Positions 26,720-36,427 of a DNA stretch of 64,000 bases are shown here, piece after piece. Below the pieces are notes generated by a model that was given only the letters and a program-made list of their open reading frames with translations, was not told the origin of the DNA and searched no databases. Position numbers and translations under genes: made by a program. How positions within the stretch are numbered: the stretch's first letter is position 1; each line of letters starts with the position of its first letter. The stretch comes from Candidatus Latescibacterota bacterium (GTDB taxonomy: Bacteria > Latescibacterota > UBA2968 > UBA8231): positions 1,856,001-1,920,000 of the forward strand of contig CBDAOB010000005.1 of the NCBI GenBank assembly GCA_965197905.1, written 5' to 3'.

Positions 26720-28531
26720 GTGGACATCAGGGCGAATAGTCTCGTACTCTACAAAAAGGGAGCGGCTCGCGTCAAGCGGGTGGATGAGAAGCTCCACCTT
26801 GAGCTGCCCGAGGCCAAGGAAAAGTGGGTACGCCTGAAGGACGTGACCCTGCTGCACCCAGGCCCGATTGCCCGACTGTCGGACCTGCAGGACCTGCAAG
26901 GAGAGGCCGAAACTGCATGGGATCTGCTCGATGGCTCACTCACCACCTTGGCCGAGCTGGCAGAGTTGATCTTTGGTGCATTTTCCCCCGATACCGCGTG
27001 GGCCACCTGGAATCTAGTGGACGAAGGTTTTCTGTTTGATGGATCCCCCGATGAGTTGAGGCCGATGTCAGCCGCTGGGGTTGCCGCGGAGCGGTCCCGC
27101 CGAGAAGCGTTGGCAAAAGAGCAAACCTCCTGGACGGAGTTTGTTGACCGCCTCAAAGAAGGGCGGTTCATTCAAGAGGATGACAGCCGCCTGGAGGAAC
27201 TAGAACGACTGGCAGCTGGACAATCCGATCGGTCGCGGGCATTGCGGGCACTCGATCGCGGCGAGACGGCGGAGAATGCCCACAGGTTGCTACTCGAGAT
27301 CGGGCGCTGGACCGGAGCTACGAATCCGCATCCACGCCGCTTCGGTGTTCTGCTCACCGCGCCCCAAGAGGAGGTGCACGTTGCCGCCGCAGAGAAGCGG
27401 GTAGACCTCACCCACCTCGATTCCTTTGCCATCGATGATGAGGGCAACCACGATCCGGACGATGCTTTGAGCATAGACGGAAATCGCCTGTGGGTCCACG
27501 TGGCTGACGCTGCGGGTGTCGCGCCCCCCGAAAGTCCCTGCGATCTGGCCGCCCGGGCGCGAGGCGCCACCCTCTATCTACCAGAAGACACGGTGCCCAT
27601 GCTGCCGGCGGCCGCGATCGACCGACTGGGTCTCGGCCTTCAAGAACGAAGCAACGCCCTTTCCTTCGGCATCGACTTCGATTCCCTAGGCTCGTTCAAG
27701 GGATTTGAAGTGGTTTTGAGTGAGGTTCACGTGCAGCGCACCACGTATTCCAAGGCGGAAGAGCTACTCGATCGAGATCCGTTCCTCAGATTGGACCAAT
27801 GGTGCCACCTGTCCCGCGAGCGCCGCCGCAATCGAGGCGCCGTATTCATTGACTTGCCCGAAGTCAAGATCGCCTGTAGGAACGGCGCCGTGACGATCGA
27901 TCTATTGGCGAGCACGACGAGCCGCCAGCTCGTCTCCGAGGCGATGCTGCTTGCCGGTGAAGCGGTAGGGCGATTTGGCCTGGACAACGGGATTCCGTTG
28001 CCATTCGCCACCCAGGACCCGCCAGCGGAGATGTGGCATGAAGAGGAAGGGTTGGCTGGAATGTATCAACGTCGAAAGTCGTTGAAGCGGAGCTTGATCA
28101 GAAGCGTTCAGGGACCTCACGCTGGCCTCGGCTTGGAGACCTACGTCCAGGCCACCAGTCCCATGCGGCGTTACATGGACCTGGTGGTCCATCAACAGCT
28201 GCGAGCTTTTCTAGCCGGGAAGCCGGGACTAAACGGTCAACAGCTGTTGGAACGGGTCGGCGCAACAACAGAGCTGTCGGACCTCGTCCGCAAAGCAGAG
28301 CGGATGTCCAACCTGCATTGGACGATCGTCTATTTGTCGCAGAGACCGAACTGGAAGGGCTCGGGGACTGTGGTGGAGCAGCGCGACGGCCGTTGCACTG
28401 TTCTCCTTCCCGACCTGGGCCATGAAACAGGGATCTATCTTAGCGGAAATGTAGAACTCAACCAAACAATCGATCTCGGTATAAGCAGCGTGGATCTACC
28501 CAATCTGGAGGCCCGATTCCAGCAGAACTGA
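26720..28531 (+). CDS. RNB-domain exoribonuclease (RNase II family)
   Basis: AIDDEGNHDPDDALS, WVHVAD, RGATLYLP, HAGLGL, TSPMRRYMDL; GTG start after GAGG. Confidence 0.92.
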   Translation: MDIRANSLVLYKKGAARVKRVDEKLHLELPEAKEKWVRLKDVTLLHPGPIARLSDLQDLQGEAETAWDLLDGSLTTLAELAELIFGAFSPDTAWATWNLVDEGFLFDGSPDELRPMSAAGVAAERSRREALAKEQTSWTEFVDRLKEGRFIQEDDSRLEELERLAAGQSDRSRALRALDRGETAENAHRLLLEIGRWTGATNPHPRRFGVLLTAPQEEVHVAAAEKRVDLTHLDSFAIDDEGNHDPDDALSIDGNRLWVHVADAAGVAPPESPCDLAARARGATLYLPEDTVPMLPAAAIDRLGLGLQERSNALSFGIDFDSLGSFKGFEVVLSEVHVQRTTYSKAEELLDRDPFLRLDQWCHLSRERRRNRGAVFIDLPEVKIACRNGAVTIDLLASTTSRQLVSEAMLLAGEAVGRFGLDNGIPLPFATQDPPAEMWHEEEGLAGMYQRRKSLKRSLIRSVQGPHAGLGLETYVQATSPMRRYMDLVVHQQLRAFLAGKPGLNGQQLLERVGATTELSDLVRKAERMSNLHWTIVYLSQRPNWKGSGTVVEQRDGRCTVLLPDLGHETGIYLSGNVELNQTIDLGISSVDLPNLEARFQQN

Positions 28532-28596
28532 GATTTAGATAGGACGTGTGCTGAGGTTCTCTCTCCCCCGTCGTTGGTCGAGGGTGGACGTCTTTC

Positions 28597-29589
28597 CTAC
28601 GCCGTCAGATCCACCTTCTTGCCTATCGACCACGAGCGGCGGATGGCGTCACACACGGTCGTCGTTTCCAGCGCCTCATCCGGCCAGGTGGATCTCAGAT
28701 CGCCGGTCCTGACTACCGTTGAGAACTCCTCTATCATAAGAACCTCCTGCAGGCAGGGCTCCCCCGTGATCGTTTCCGCCGCTCGGTTTCGGTGCAGCCA
28801 GTACCTGGCATCATCCTCCGCTCCGACGACGAAGTCGTCGCAAACGATCGAACCTTCCGTGCCGACAATCTCGAACCACTGTCTGAAGTAGGTGTCAAAT
28901 CCGCAATCGAATGCTGCCATGCGATCGTCGGCGAACCACAAGAGTGCGGAAACATTCATGTCCACGCCATTGTGGTAACGAACTGTTGCATAGACGGCGT
29001 CGGGCATGACCCCAAACGCCCAAAGGATCGCTCGCACCGAATAATAACCCAAATCTCCTAGACATCCGCCCCCAAGCTCCTTCTGCATTCGAATGTTGTC
29101 GGTTCGATTCTCCGGGGCCAGGTTGACAGTGAACGCCGAGGTCACCCGCTGGAGGTCACCCACTTGCCCTTCTTCAATCTCCTGTTTCATCGCGATAGTT
29201 CGAAGGTGGTGCACCCACATTACCCCATCCATGAGTTGTACACCATTGTTGCGGCAGGCATCGCGCATGATGACGGCCTGTTTCACGTCGAGAGCCAACG
29301 GTTTCTCGCAGAGCACATGCTTGCCCTTCTCCGCAGCTTTTACCGTCCATTCCATGTGCAGGGAAGGAGGCAGAGGGATGTACACGGCGTCGATGGAGGC
29401 CTCTTCCAAAAGAGCCTCGTAAGATCCGAATGCAGTCGGCACTCCCCGATCTGCGGCCCACGCTTCGGCTTTCCCGCGGTCTCTGCTGGCCATGGCTGCG
29501 AGCCGAGCACCACGAGCTGTGGAAATGGCACGACCCACCTTATCGGCAATGCCGGCCGTGCCGAGAATGCCCCAGCTCACCTCATCCAT
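28597..29589 (-). CDS. Gfo/Idh/MocA family oxidoreductase
   Basis: WGILGTAGIA, HVLCEKP, GGGCLGDLGYY. Confidence 0.92.
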   Translation of the reverse strand: MDEVSWGILGTAGIADKVGRAISTARGARLAAMASRDRGKAEAWAADRGVPTAFGSYEALLEEASIDAVYIPLPPSLHMEWTVKAAEKGKHVLCEKPLALDVKQAVIMRDACRNNGVQLMDGVMWVHHLRTIAMKQEIEEGQVGDLQRVTSAFTVNLAPENRTDNIRMQKELGGGCLGDLGYYSVRAILWAFGVMPDAVYATVRYHNGVDMNVSALLWFADDRMAAFDCGFDTYFRQWFEIVGTEGSIVCDDFVVGAEDDARYWLHRNRAAETITGEPCLQEVLMIEEFSTVVRTGDLRSTWPDEALETTTVCDAIRRSWSIGKKVDLTA

Positions 29590-29630
29590 AATGCCTCCGA
29601 TTGAGTAACAGCCGGATGTTTAGCTGTACC

Positions 29631-30419
29631 TTAGGCGTAATCCTGCAGCTTCTTGCGTAGCTGATCACCGTTCGTTTTCATCCATTGCTGGATCACGAAC
29701 AGCTCCGTACCCAGGCTGAAGTGGCGCACCCCCAGATCCAGGTAGTAAGCCGCCTCGTCCGGCGAGCCTATCTCGGCACGAGGAGGCACGCCCATCTCGA
29801 CGCAGGTTTTGATCACCCGGCCCTCCACCTCTTTGACCTCGGCAGATCTGGCCGCGTCGGGCGCACCAATGCTCTGGGAATAGTCCGTTCCGCCCCACTG
29901 GATCATGTCGATGCCGGCCAGCTCGAGGATCTGCTCCAACTGATCGACGGCAGCTTTCTTTTCGATCATAAGTACTACGACCACGTCGCGGATCGCCTGT
30001 ACGTACTCCTCTTGGGTGCGCGTGCTGTACCAGTTTCTCCGTGCGACGGCACCGTAGGTACCCTCCTCACCAGGAAGGTCCGGCCTGACCGTCCGAATAC
30101 AGGCCTGGGCGTCCTCGACGGAACGGGTGTCGACGAACAAGACCGACTGAAAGCCGGCACCCACGGCTCGCTGGGCGAAAAACTCCTGTGCCGCCTGGTC
30201 AATTTTGATCATCGTCGACAGACCGTGTAACTCGGCGGCGCGACAAAGATTGTCCAGAGCAAACAGATCGAATGGGGCGTACTCCGCTACGAACTCGACA
30301 TAATCGAACATTCCGGTGTGACCGACCACCTCGACGACCGACGGCCAGGTGCTGTGTAGATGTGTTCCGATGGTCGGTGCGTCAGCGGCAAGCAAATCGC
30401 GAAGTTTATTCCTTGGCAT
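29631..30419 (-). CDS. HpcH/HpaI class II aldolase family protein
   Basis: FDYVEFVAEY, LMIEK, GGTDYSQSIG. Confidence 0.85.
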   Translation of the reverse strand: MPRNKLRDLLAADAPTIGTHLHSTWPSVVEVVGHTGMFDYVEFVAEYAPFDLFALDNLCRAAELHGLSTMIKIDQAAQEFFAQRAVGAGFQSVLFVDTRSVEDAQACIRTVRPDLPGEEGTYGAVARRNWYSTRTQEEYVQAIRDVVVVLMIEKKAAVDQLEQILELAGIDMIQWGGTDYSQSIGAPDAARSAEVKEVEGRVIKTCVEMGVPPRAEIGSPDEAAYYLDLGVRHFSLGTELFVIQQWMKTNGDQLRKKLQDYA

Positions 30420-30489
30420 TTCTCGTTTCCATTAGGTGATATGACATGAGACATCATTGTCGAAAGAGTTTGAATGTGAATATCGAAGC

Positions 30490-31290
30490 TCACCTCATTG
30501 AGATGCCGCCATCCACATTTATCGTCTGACCGGTAATATTGCGGGCTTCCTCCGAGGCCAGAAAAACAACGAGATTGCCGATGTCCTCGGGGACCTGCTC
30601 CCGCCCCAGTGGCGTGTTCTGCTCCACCATTTTCTCGAACACCTGTCGTGGTTCCAGTCCGGCGAAGGCGGGGTTTGTCTCCGCCATCATCGGCGCCATC
30701 CGGTTCCAAAAATTGGTCCACAGAAGTCCAGGGCAAATCGCGTTTACATTGACGTTGTGAGGACCAAGGTCTTTTGCCACTACTCGCGTCAAATTGAGCA
30801 GGGCATTTTTTGCAGCCGCATACCCGGGAGTGAAGGTGGGATCGCGCTGCGCCGCAATGGAAGATATGTTTATAATCTTGCCGAATTTGCGCTCGATCAT
30901 GCCGGCGGCTACCGCCTTGCACATATAAAACGGACCGGTGAGATTGACGGCCAGGTTTGCCTCCCAGTCTTCGCCGCTTTGGTCGGTAAAGTGTTGTCCG
31001 ATTGAAGCGCCGAAATGGCCGGCGTTGTTGACGAGGATATCAATCCTGCCAAATCGCTCCGTGGCCGCGGAGACCAGCGTCCTGCAGTCGGCTTCATTGG
31101 TGATATCGGCCTCCACAACGTGGCCCGACCGGCCTTCGGACTCGATGGCGACGACCGTCCCCTTGGCCGCTTCTACATTGAGGTCGCAAACGACGATGTC
31201 GGCCCCCTCCCGAGCCAGGCAGGTTGAAATCCCCTGGCCGATTCCCCCTCCACCACCCGTGACAACGGCAATCCTATCGTTTAATCGCAT
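30490..31290 (-). CDS. Short-chain dehydrogenase/reductase
   Basis: TGGGGGIG, NNAG, YAAAK, ITGQTINVDGG. Confidence 0.93.
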   Translation of the reverse strand: MRLNDRIAVVTGGGGGIGQGISTCLAREGADIVVCDLNVEAAKGTVVAIESEGRSGHVVEADITNEADCRTLVSAATERFGRIDILVNNAGHFGASIGQHFTDQSGEDWEANLAVNLTGPFYMCKAVAAGMIERKFGKIINISSIAAQRDPTFTPGYAAAKNALLNLTRVVAKDLGPHNVNVNAICPGLLWTNFWNRMAPMMAETNPAFAGLEPRQVFEKMVEQNTPLGREQVPEDIGNLVVFLASEEARNITGQTINVDGGISMR

Positions 31291-31293
31291 TGC

Positions 31294-32283
31294 TTACTCC
31301 TTCAAGTGCGACTCGGCCTCTTCGACATCCAGTTTGCTGCCGATTATCAGAGGTACCGTTTGGTGTATGTCCGTCGGTTGAATATCGAGGATCGGCTCCC
31401 TGCCGGTTGAAGCCAAGCCCCCCGCTTCACGGACCACAAGGGCGAGCGGCGCCGCTTCGTACAGTAGCCGCAGCTTTCCCTTCCCTGTGCCAGCATCGGC
31501 GGGATAGAGGAACACCCCTCCCTTCAACAGGTTCCGGTGAAAATCGGCTACGAGCGATCCCACATACCTGGCCTTGTAAGGACTGCCGCTCCGCCCCGGC
31601 ACCTTGAGACTGTCAATGTAACTCCGCACTCCTTCTTCCCAAACCGCGCTATTGGCCTCGTTCACGCTGTAGATGGAACCGCGTTCGGGTATCTTGATAT
31701 CTTCGTGAGAGAGAAGGAACTCGCCGATGGTCGGATCGAGGGTGAAACCGTGCACACCCCTGCCGGTTGTATACACCAGCATCGTGCTCGAGCCGTAAAT
31801 CATATAACCGGCGCATACCTGTTCCTTTCCCGTGCGCAAGAAGTCCATTTCCAACGCCTGCGAAGCGCCTTTCTGCCGGCGAAAAATGGAAAAAATGGTG
31901 CCGATTCCCACATTCACGTCGATGTTCGAAGAGCCGTCTAACGGATCGAATACCAGGACGTACTCACCCCCGTTGTCTCCCGGAACGATATGGATCTCCT
32001 CCATCTCCTCCGATGCCACTGCTGCCAGAATTTCCATGTACTCTATGCTGCGAATAATGGTAGCGTTGGCGAATTCATCCAGCTTCTGCACTTCTTCACC
32101 ATGAACATTCTTTCTTCCGGTTATCCCCATCACCTGTGCCAAACCAGCCTTGTTCACCTCGCGGGAGATGATCTTCCCCGCCACCGTAAGCTCCACCAGA
32201 AGCCTGGTGAACCGTCCTGTCGCTTCCGGAAAATTGCGCTGCTCTTCAATGATGAACCGCGTCAGAGGTGTTCCGATATCCAT
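31294..32283 (-). CDS. fbp: Fructose-1,6-bisphosphatase class 1
   Basis: GEEVQKLD, ASEE, FDPLDGSSNIDVN, RYVGSLVADFHR, GKLRLLYE. Confidence 0.96.
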   Translation of the reverse strand: MDIGTPLTRFIIEEQRNFPEATGRFTRLLVELTVAGKIISREVNKAGLAQVMGITGRKNVHGEEVQKLDEFANATIIRSIEYMEILAAVASEEMEEIHIVPGDNGGEYVLVFDPLDGSSNIDVNVGIGTIFSIFRRQKGASQALEMDFLRTGKEQVCAGYMIYGSSTMLVYTTGRGVHGFTLDPTIGEFLLSHEDIKIPERGSIYSVNEANSAVWEEGVRSYIDSLKVPGRSGSPYKARYVGSLVADFHRNLLKGGVFLYPADAGTGKGKLRLLYEAAPLALVVREAGGLASTGREPILDIQPTDIHQTVPLIIGSKLDVEEAESHLKE

Positions 32284-32343
32284 TCGTAGATTTCTACCTT
32301 CCTAAAATATTGACTAGGGAAAACCCGCCTTGGTTGCCTCTCT

Positions 32344-33753
32344 TCAAGCCAGCCGCCCCAACAGATCCTTCTCCATGAGGGCGTCCAGGGCCTCGCCGAA
32401 TACCTCCAGGGTTTTGTCGATGTGCTGTGGCTCGTGTGAGGCAGAGGTGACTCCGCCGGTGTAGGAGAGCAGCTCCACACCCCGTATCTGCAGATTCTTC
32501 TGGAACGCCGTTACGAGGTGTTTTGGAATGCTTTTGAGCGTCAAAGCGTCTTCGGTCTGAAGATCGCTCCGACGCCCGGCGCCTGAGCCGGGTGTGGCTT
32601 CCATGAACACGTGGAAAAGTGAAGATTCGCCATATACGTATCCGGCAATATCGCGCCGGCCCATCTCTTCTTCCATTCCCGCCCGCAACCGTTCCGCCAT
32701 TTGATTCGCCAGATCCTGCGCCTCGCCCGACCTGACGATCCGCAGCGTGGCGATGCCGGCGGCAGCGGAAAGCGGGTTGGCGTTGAAGGTCCCCATATGC
32801 CACACCCTCCCGTAGCGGTCATGATCTGGATCTCCGGTGAAGTCGAAGAGGCCCATGATCTCCTTCCGACCCGCTACCACCCCACCAGGCATGCCGCCCG
32901 CGACGATCTTGCCCATGACGGTAAGGTCCGGGGTTACGCCCGCATGCTTTTGATATCCCCCGGAACTATAGCGAAAACCGGTAACCACCTCGTCGTAGAC
33001 GAGGGGGACCCCCAACACCTCCGTGAGCGCCCGCAGCTCACGGTTGAACTGAACGGTCAGCGGCACCGTACCCCACGAGGCTCCCGAAGGTTCGAGCAAA
33101 ACCGCGGCGATCCCTTGATCTCGCCGCAGAGTTTCCTCAATGCGGTTCAGCTCAGCCGGCAAAACCAGGATAGAATCGATCTTGGTCGCCGGTATGCCCA
33201 TGGAAGCAGGTTTATGGAATGGAGGAGAAGTCCCCCGCCCTACGTCGTCATGCCAACCGTTGAAATGCCCCTCCAGGCGCAGCAGTTTTTCCTTGCCGGT
33301 GAACGCCCGGGCTAAGCGGATCGCCAGCATCGTTCCCTCAGTGCCGGAATTGACGAAACGGATCGCTTCGGCGCTGGGAACCATCTCCTGGATCAATTCC
33401 GCCCATTCCACCTGCAGAGGATGATCCTGCCCGTAGTGATAGCCGTCCTTCAGCGCCGCGGCGACGGCATCCAGGACCTCCGGGGGCGAGTGCCCCAGCA
33501 GCAGGGCTCCGTTGCCCATACCGTAATCGATGTACTCGTTCCCATCCACATCCCACATCATAGCTCCACTCGCTTTGGCGATGTAGCTCGGACAGGGCAA
33601 GCTGTGACGCATGTCGTGTCCAACGCCACCTGCCAGACAGTCGCGGGCTCGCGCGTAGAGATCCATGCTTTGCGAACGATGCGATACATAGTTCTCGAAC
33701 CAGAAATCCTGTTCCATCTTGTTCTCTAAATCACCTGTTGGATAACGCGACAT
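32344..33753 (-). CDS. Class III PLP aminotransferase (glutamate-1-semialdehyde aminomutase-like); start 33753 or 33717
   Basis: WDVDGNEYID, FVNSGTE, DEVVTGFR, GKIVAGGMP, GTFNANP. Confidence 0.88.
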   Translation of the reverse strand: MSRYPTGDLENKMEQDFWFENYVSHRSQSMDLYARARDCLAGGVGHDMRHSLPCPSYIAKASGAMMWDVDGNEYIDYGMGNGALLLGHSPPEVLDAVAAALKDGYHYGQDHPLQVEWAELIQEMVPSAEAIRFVNSGTEGTMLAIRLARAFTGKEKLLRLEGHFNGWHDDVGRGTSPPFHKPASMGIPATKIDSILVLPAELNRIEETLRRDQGIAAVLLEPSGASWGTVPLTVQFNRELRALTEVLGVPLVYDEVVTGFRYSSGGYQKHAGVTPDLTVMGKIVAGGMPGGVVAGRKEIMGLFDFTGDPDHDRYGRVWHMGTFNANPLSAAAGIATLRIVRSGEAQDLANQMAERLRAGMEEEMGRRDIAGYVYGESSLFHVFMEATPGSGAGRRSDLQTEDALTLKSIPKHLVTAFQKNLQIRGVELLSYTGGVTSASHEPQHIDKTLEVFGEALDALMEKDLLGRLA

Positions 33754-33788
33754 GCTGTTTGCCTCTTGCATGCCTCGGGTGAGAGCGG

Positions 33789-35006
33789 TCAGCTCACAGC
33801 CAGCAACTTTACCAGAAAGGCGCTGAGGCCACCCACCAGCGCTGCCGCCACGAATCCGACACTCATGGGACGCAGACCAATGCCGCAAAGCTTGGAAATA
33901 CTGGTTCCGAGACCCACCCCGGCCATCGCCATCACCAACAGCCAGCTTGAAGCACGGCTTGCCCAGGATAAGGTGGAGCTCCATCTCTCTGCCGCGAGCG
34001 CAGGAAGGTAGAGATCGCCAAGCGACCGCACGGTAGCCATCGCCACGAACCCGACCACGAACAGAGGAACGAATTCACGCCAGCTTGGTCGCACAGTATC
34101 CAAATGCGACTCCCGCCGATAGAGGAAAGCCATGAAGGGTATTACACCTATCATAAACAGATTCCGCACCAACTTGGTAACCGCGGCAGATTCCAGTGCC
34201 TCCGGCGCCGCAAAACGCTCGCTGTACAACAACCCGGCCCCGGCCACCTGAGCCGTATCGTGGATGGCCGTTCCAAGAAAATGGCCAACCCGTACCGGAT
34301 CCGCACCGAACATCCAGTGCGCCGCAAAGGGATAAACGAAGAGACCCAGCATGCCAAAAATCGTTACACATGCAACGGCATAGGAAACTTCGTCTTTTTC
34401 GGCTTTGATGATGGGACCCGTCGCGATGACGGCGCTCACCCCACAGATACCGGTCCCGACCGCAATCAAACTGCCCAGCCGCTTCGGCAAACCGAAGATA
34501 CGAGTGATCTGGTGGACCAAGACCAGCGCAGCCACAATGCAGACTAGAACGATGGGTAAAGCATGCAGTCCTACCATGCCCGCGGTTGACAGACTCAAAC
34601 GCAAACCCAGCAAGGTGATGCCCAAACGCAACAGTTTCTTTACGCAGAGCCCGATCCCCTTCTCGTAAACCTCGGGCAAACCGATCACATTGCGAACTGC
34701 AAATCCAACGAGAATTGTCACGAGTACGGCGCTGATCGGTGACGTTTCAACGGACCAGATCAGTCGGCCGAGCCAGAAGGCCAACTCGCGGCCCGTGAAT
34801 GCGACCGCAAGGGCCAGCAGGAGTCCCGGCAAAAACAGTCCTGCCGCACTGAAGAATTCGTATAACCGATTTTGCCAGGCCGCCCGAGCTTCCTTTTCGC
34901 GCGCAGATTCAACCGGCTGGGGCCATTCGTACATCCCCTCGAAACCACCCATCCACTCGGCCAGAGCAGGGTCTGCGTACGGGTTGCCACCCGACTTACT
35001 CGGCAT
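33789..35006 (-). CDS. YeiH/UPF0324 family membrane protein (putative sulfate exporter)
   Basis: LLRLGITLLG, GTGICGVSA, GTAIHDTAQV, KLVRN, AMAGVGL. Confidence 0.9.
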   Translation of the reverse strand: MPSKSGGNPYADPALAEWMGGFEGMYEWPQPVESAREKEARAAWQNRLYEFFSAAGLFLPGLLLALAVAFTGRELAFWLGRLIWSVETSPISAVLVTILVGFAVRNVIGLPEVYEKGIGLCVKKLLRLGITLLGLRLSLSTAGMVGLHALPIVLVCIVAALVLVHQITRIFGLPKRLGSLIAVGTGICGVSAVIATGPIIKAEKDEVSYAVACVTIFGMLGLFVYPFAAHWMFGADPVRVGHFLGTAIHDTAQVAGAGLLYSERFAAPEALESAAVTKLVRNLFMIGVIPFMAFLYRRESHLDTVRPSWREFVPLFVVGFVAMATVRSLGDLYLPALAAERWSSTLSWASRASSWLLVMAMAGVGLGTSISKLCGIGLRPMSVGFVAAALVGGLSAFLVKLLAVS

Positions 35007-35089
35007 GTTGGTCAACGATCTCCCCGACGATCAAGCCTAAATTCTGTCTCGTGGCTGTTCCTCGCTCCACGATCCTTCAGTGAGCTGCA

Positions 35090-36355
35090 TCAATTGAAAC
35101 GATCGACGGCAAGAGCCGAGAGATCGATCGGGGAATCGGTCCCCCCGATGATATCCGCAACCAGCTTCCCGGTGATCGGCCCCAGAGAAACTCCAATCGT
35201 TGCATGCCCCGCAGCGACTACCAGATTGGTTAGGTTTCGCGGGCGCCCGATAAAAGGCAGACCGTCGGGCGAGCAAGGTCGCAAGCCGCGCCAGATCTCC
35301 ATGAGCTCCATTTCGTTCGGGTCCAACTGGGGCATATAGGTCGGTATCGCCTTAAGAATCGCGTTCACCCTGCGTCTGTTGATGCCCATATCGAGACCAC
35401 CCAGCTCGAGAGTGCCGGCAAAACGGAGTTTGCCGACCATGGGACCCACACCGACCTTGGCTTCGCTCAAGATCATCGGCGTGGTTGGACCAACTGCCGG
35501 CTTCTTGAATGTGACGTGATACCCCTTTGCCGGTTGTATCGGCAGCCTAAGACCCAATCGGCGCCCGATCTCAGACGACCAGGAACCAGCCGAGAGCACA
35601 ACTTCGCGGGGTCCGAAGTCACCCCGGGTGGTGCAGACCGTGTTCACGTGGCCATGGTCCACGACCACGTCGATGACCTCGGCATGAGGAACCACCTCCG
35701 CTCCCTTCGCTTCCAAATGTGCAGACAGGCCGTTGACGAATAAATCGGGAGTTAGATGGGCATCCTGCGAATACCAGGCAGCGCCCACGATATCCAATCG
35801 GACATCTGGCTCGCGCTCGGCTGTTTCATCGGGCGACAGTAGCGTTGCGTCGAGGCCGATCCCCCTCAAGATTTCGACCTCCTTGCCCAGCTCCTCCAGC
35901 CCTTCGCTCGAATTGCAGAGAGCCAGCAGCCCTTTACGCTGGAATCCAAATTCAAGGCCGTCGAGGGCTGCGAGGTTGTCGTAGAGGTCCAGGCTGGCGA
36001 GACTGAGATCGCGAATCAACGGCGCGGCGCGGCGAAGATGCCCCTTGGTGCAGGCGCCCCGAAATTTCCACAACCAGGAAAACAGATTCAAATCAAGTCG
36101 GGGTTTGATGTAGAACGGGCTTGCGGAATTGAACATCCATTTGATGCCCTTCAGCATAACCCCGGGGGCCGCTAACGGCACCGCGTGACTGGGGACCAGA
36201 AGACCGGAGTTGCCGTAGGAAGCCCCCGCGCCTATCTCGTCGCGCTCAACTAAAGTTACGGATCGACCCGATTGTGCGAGGTAGTAGGCCGCGCAGACGC
36301 CAATTACACCGCCCCCGATGACGAGTACGTCTACATCCCTCCCCAAATTGCTCAA
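35090..36355 (-). CDS. FAD-dependent D-amino acid dehydrogenase-like oxidoreductase (DadA family)
   Basis: GGGVIG, ASYGNSG, PAKGY, GLRPCSPDGLP, GHATIG. Confidence 0.9.
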   Translation of the reverse strand: MSNLGRDVDVLVIGGGVIGVCAAYYLAQSGRSVTLVERDEIGAGASYGNSGLLVPSHAVPLAAPGVMLKGIKWMFNSASPFYIKPRLDLNLFSWLWKFRGACTKGHLRRAAPLIRDLSLASLDLYDNLAALDGLEFGFQRKGLLALCNSSEGLEELGKEVEILRGIGLDATLLSPDETAEREPDVRLDIVGAAWYSQDAHLTPDLFVNGLSAHLEAKGAEVVPHAEVIDVVVDHGHVNTVCTTRGDFGPREVVLSAGSWSSEIGRRLGLRLPIQPAKGYHVTFKKPAVGPTTPMILSEAKVGVGPMVGKLRFAGTLELGGLDMGINRRRVNAILKAIPTYMPQLDPNEMELMEIWRGLRPCSPDGLPFIGRPRNLTNLVVAAGHATIGVSLGPITGKLVADIIGGTDSPIDLSALAVDRFN

Positions 36356-36427
36356 AGACAGATTCTCCGCCGTAATCTCAATGTTGCTCGGCAGAAAGTA
36401 AACACGGCGCCAGGACCGTCCAGTGGA

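Noticed and set aside
32287..32298. GTAGATTTCTAC, reminiscent of the Cas12a repeat stem
   Set aside because: Single copy next to the fbp start, no spacers or cas genes.
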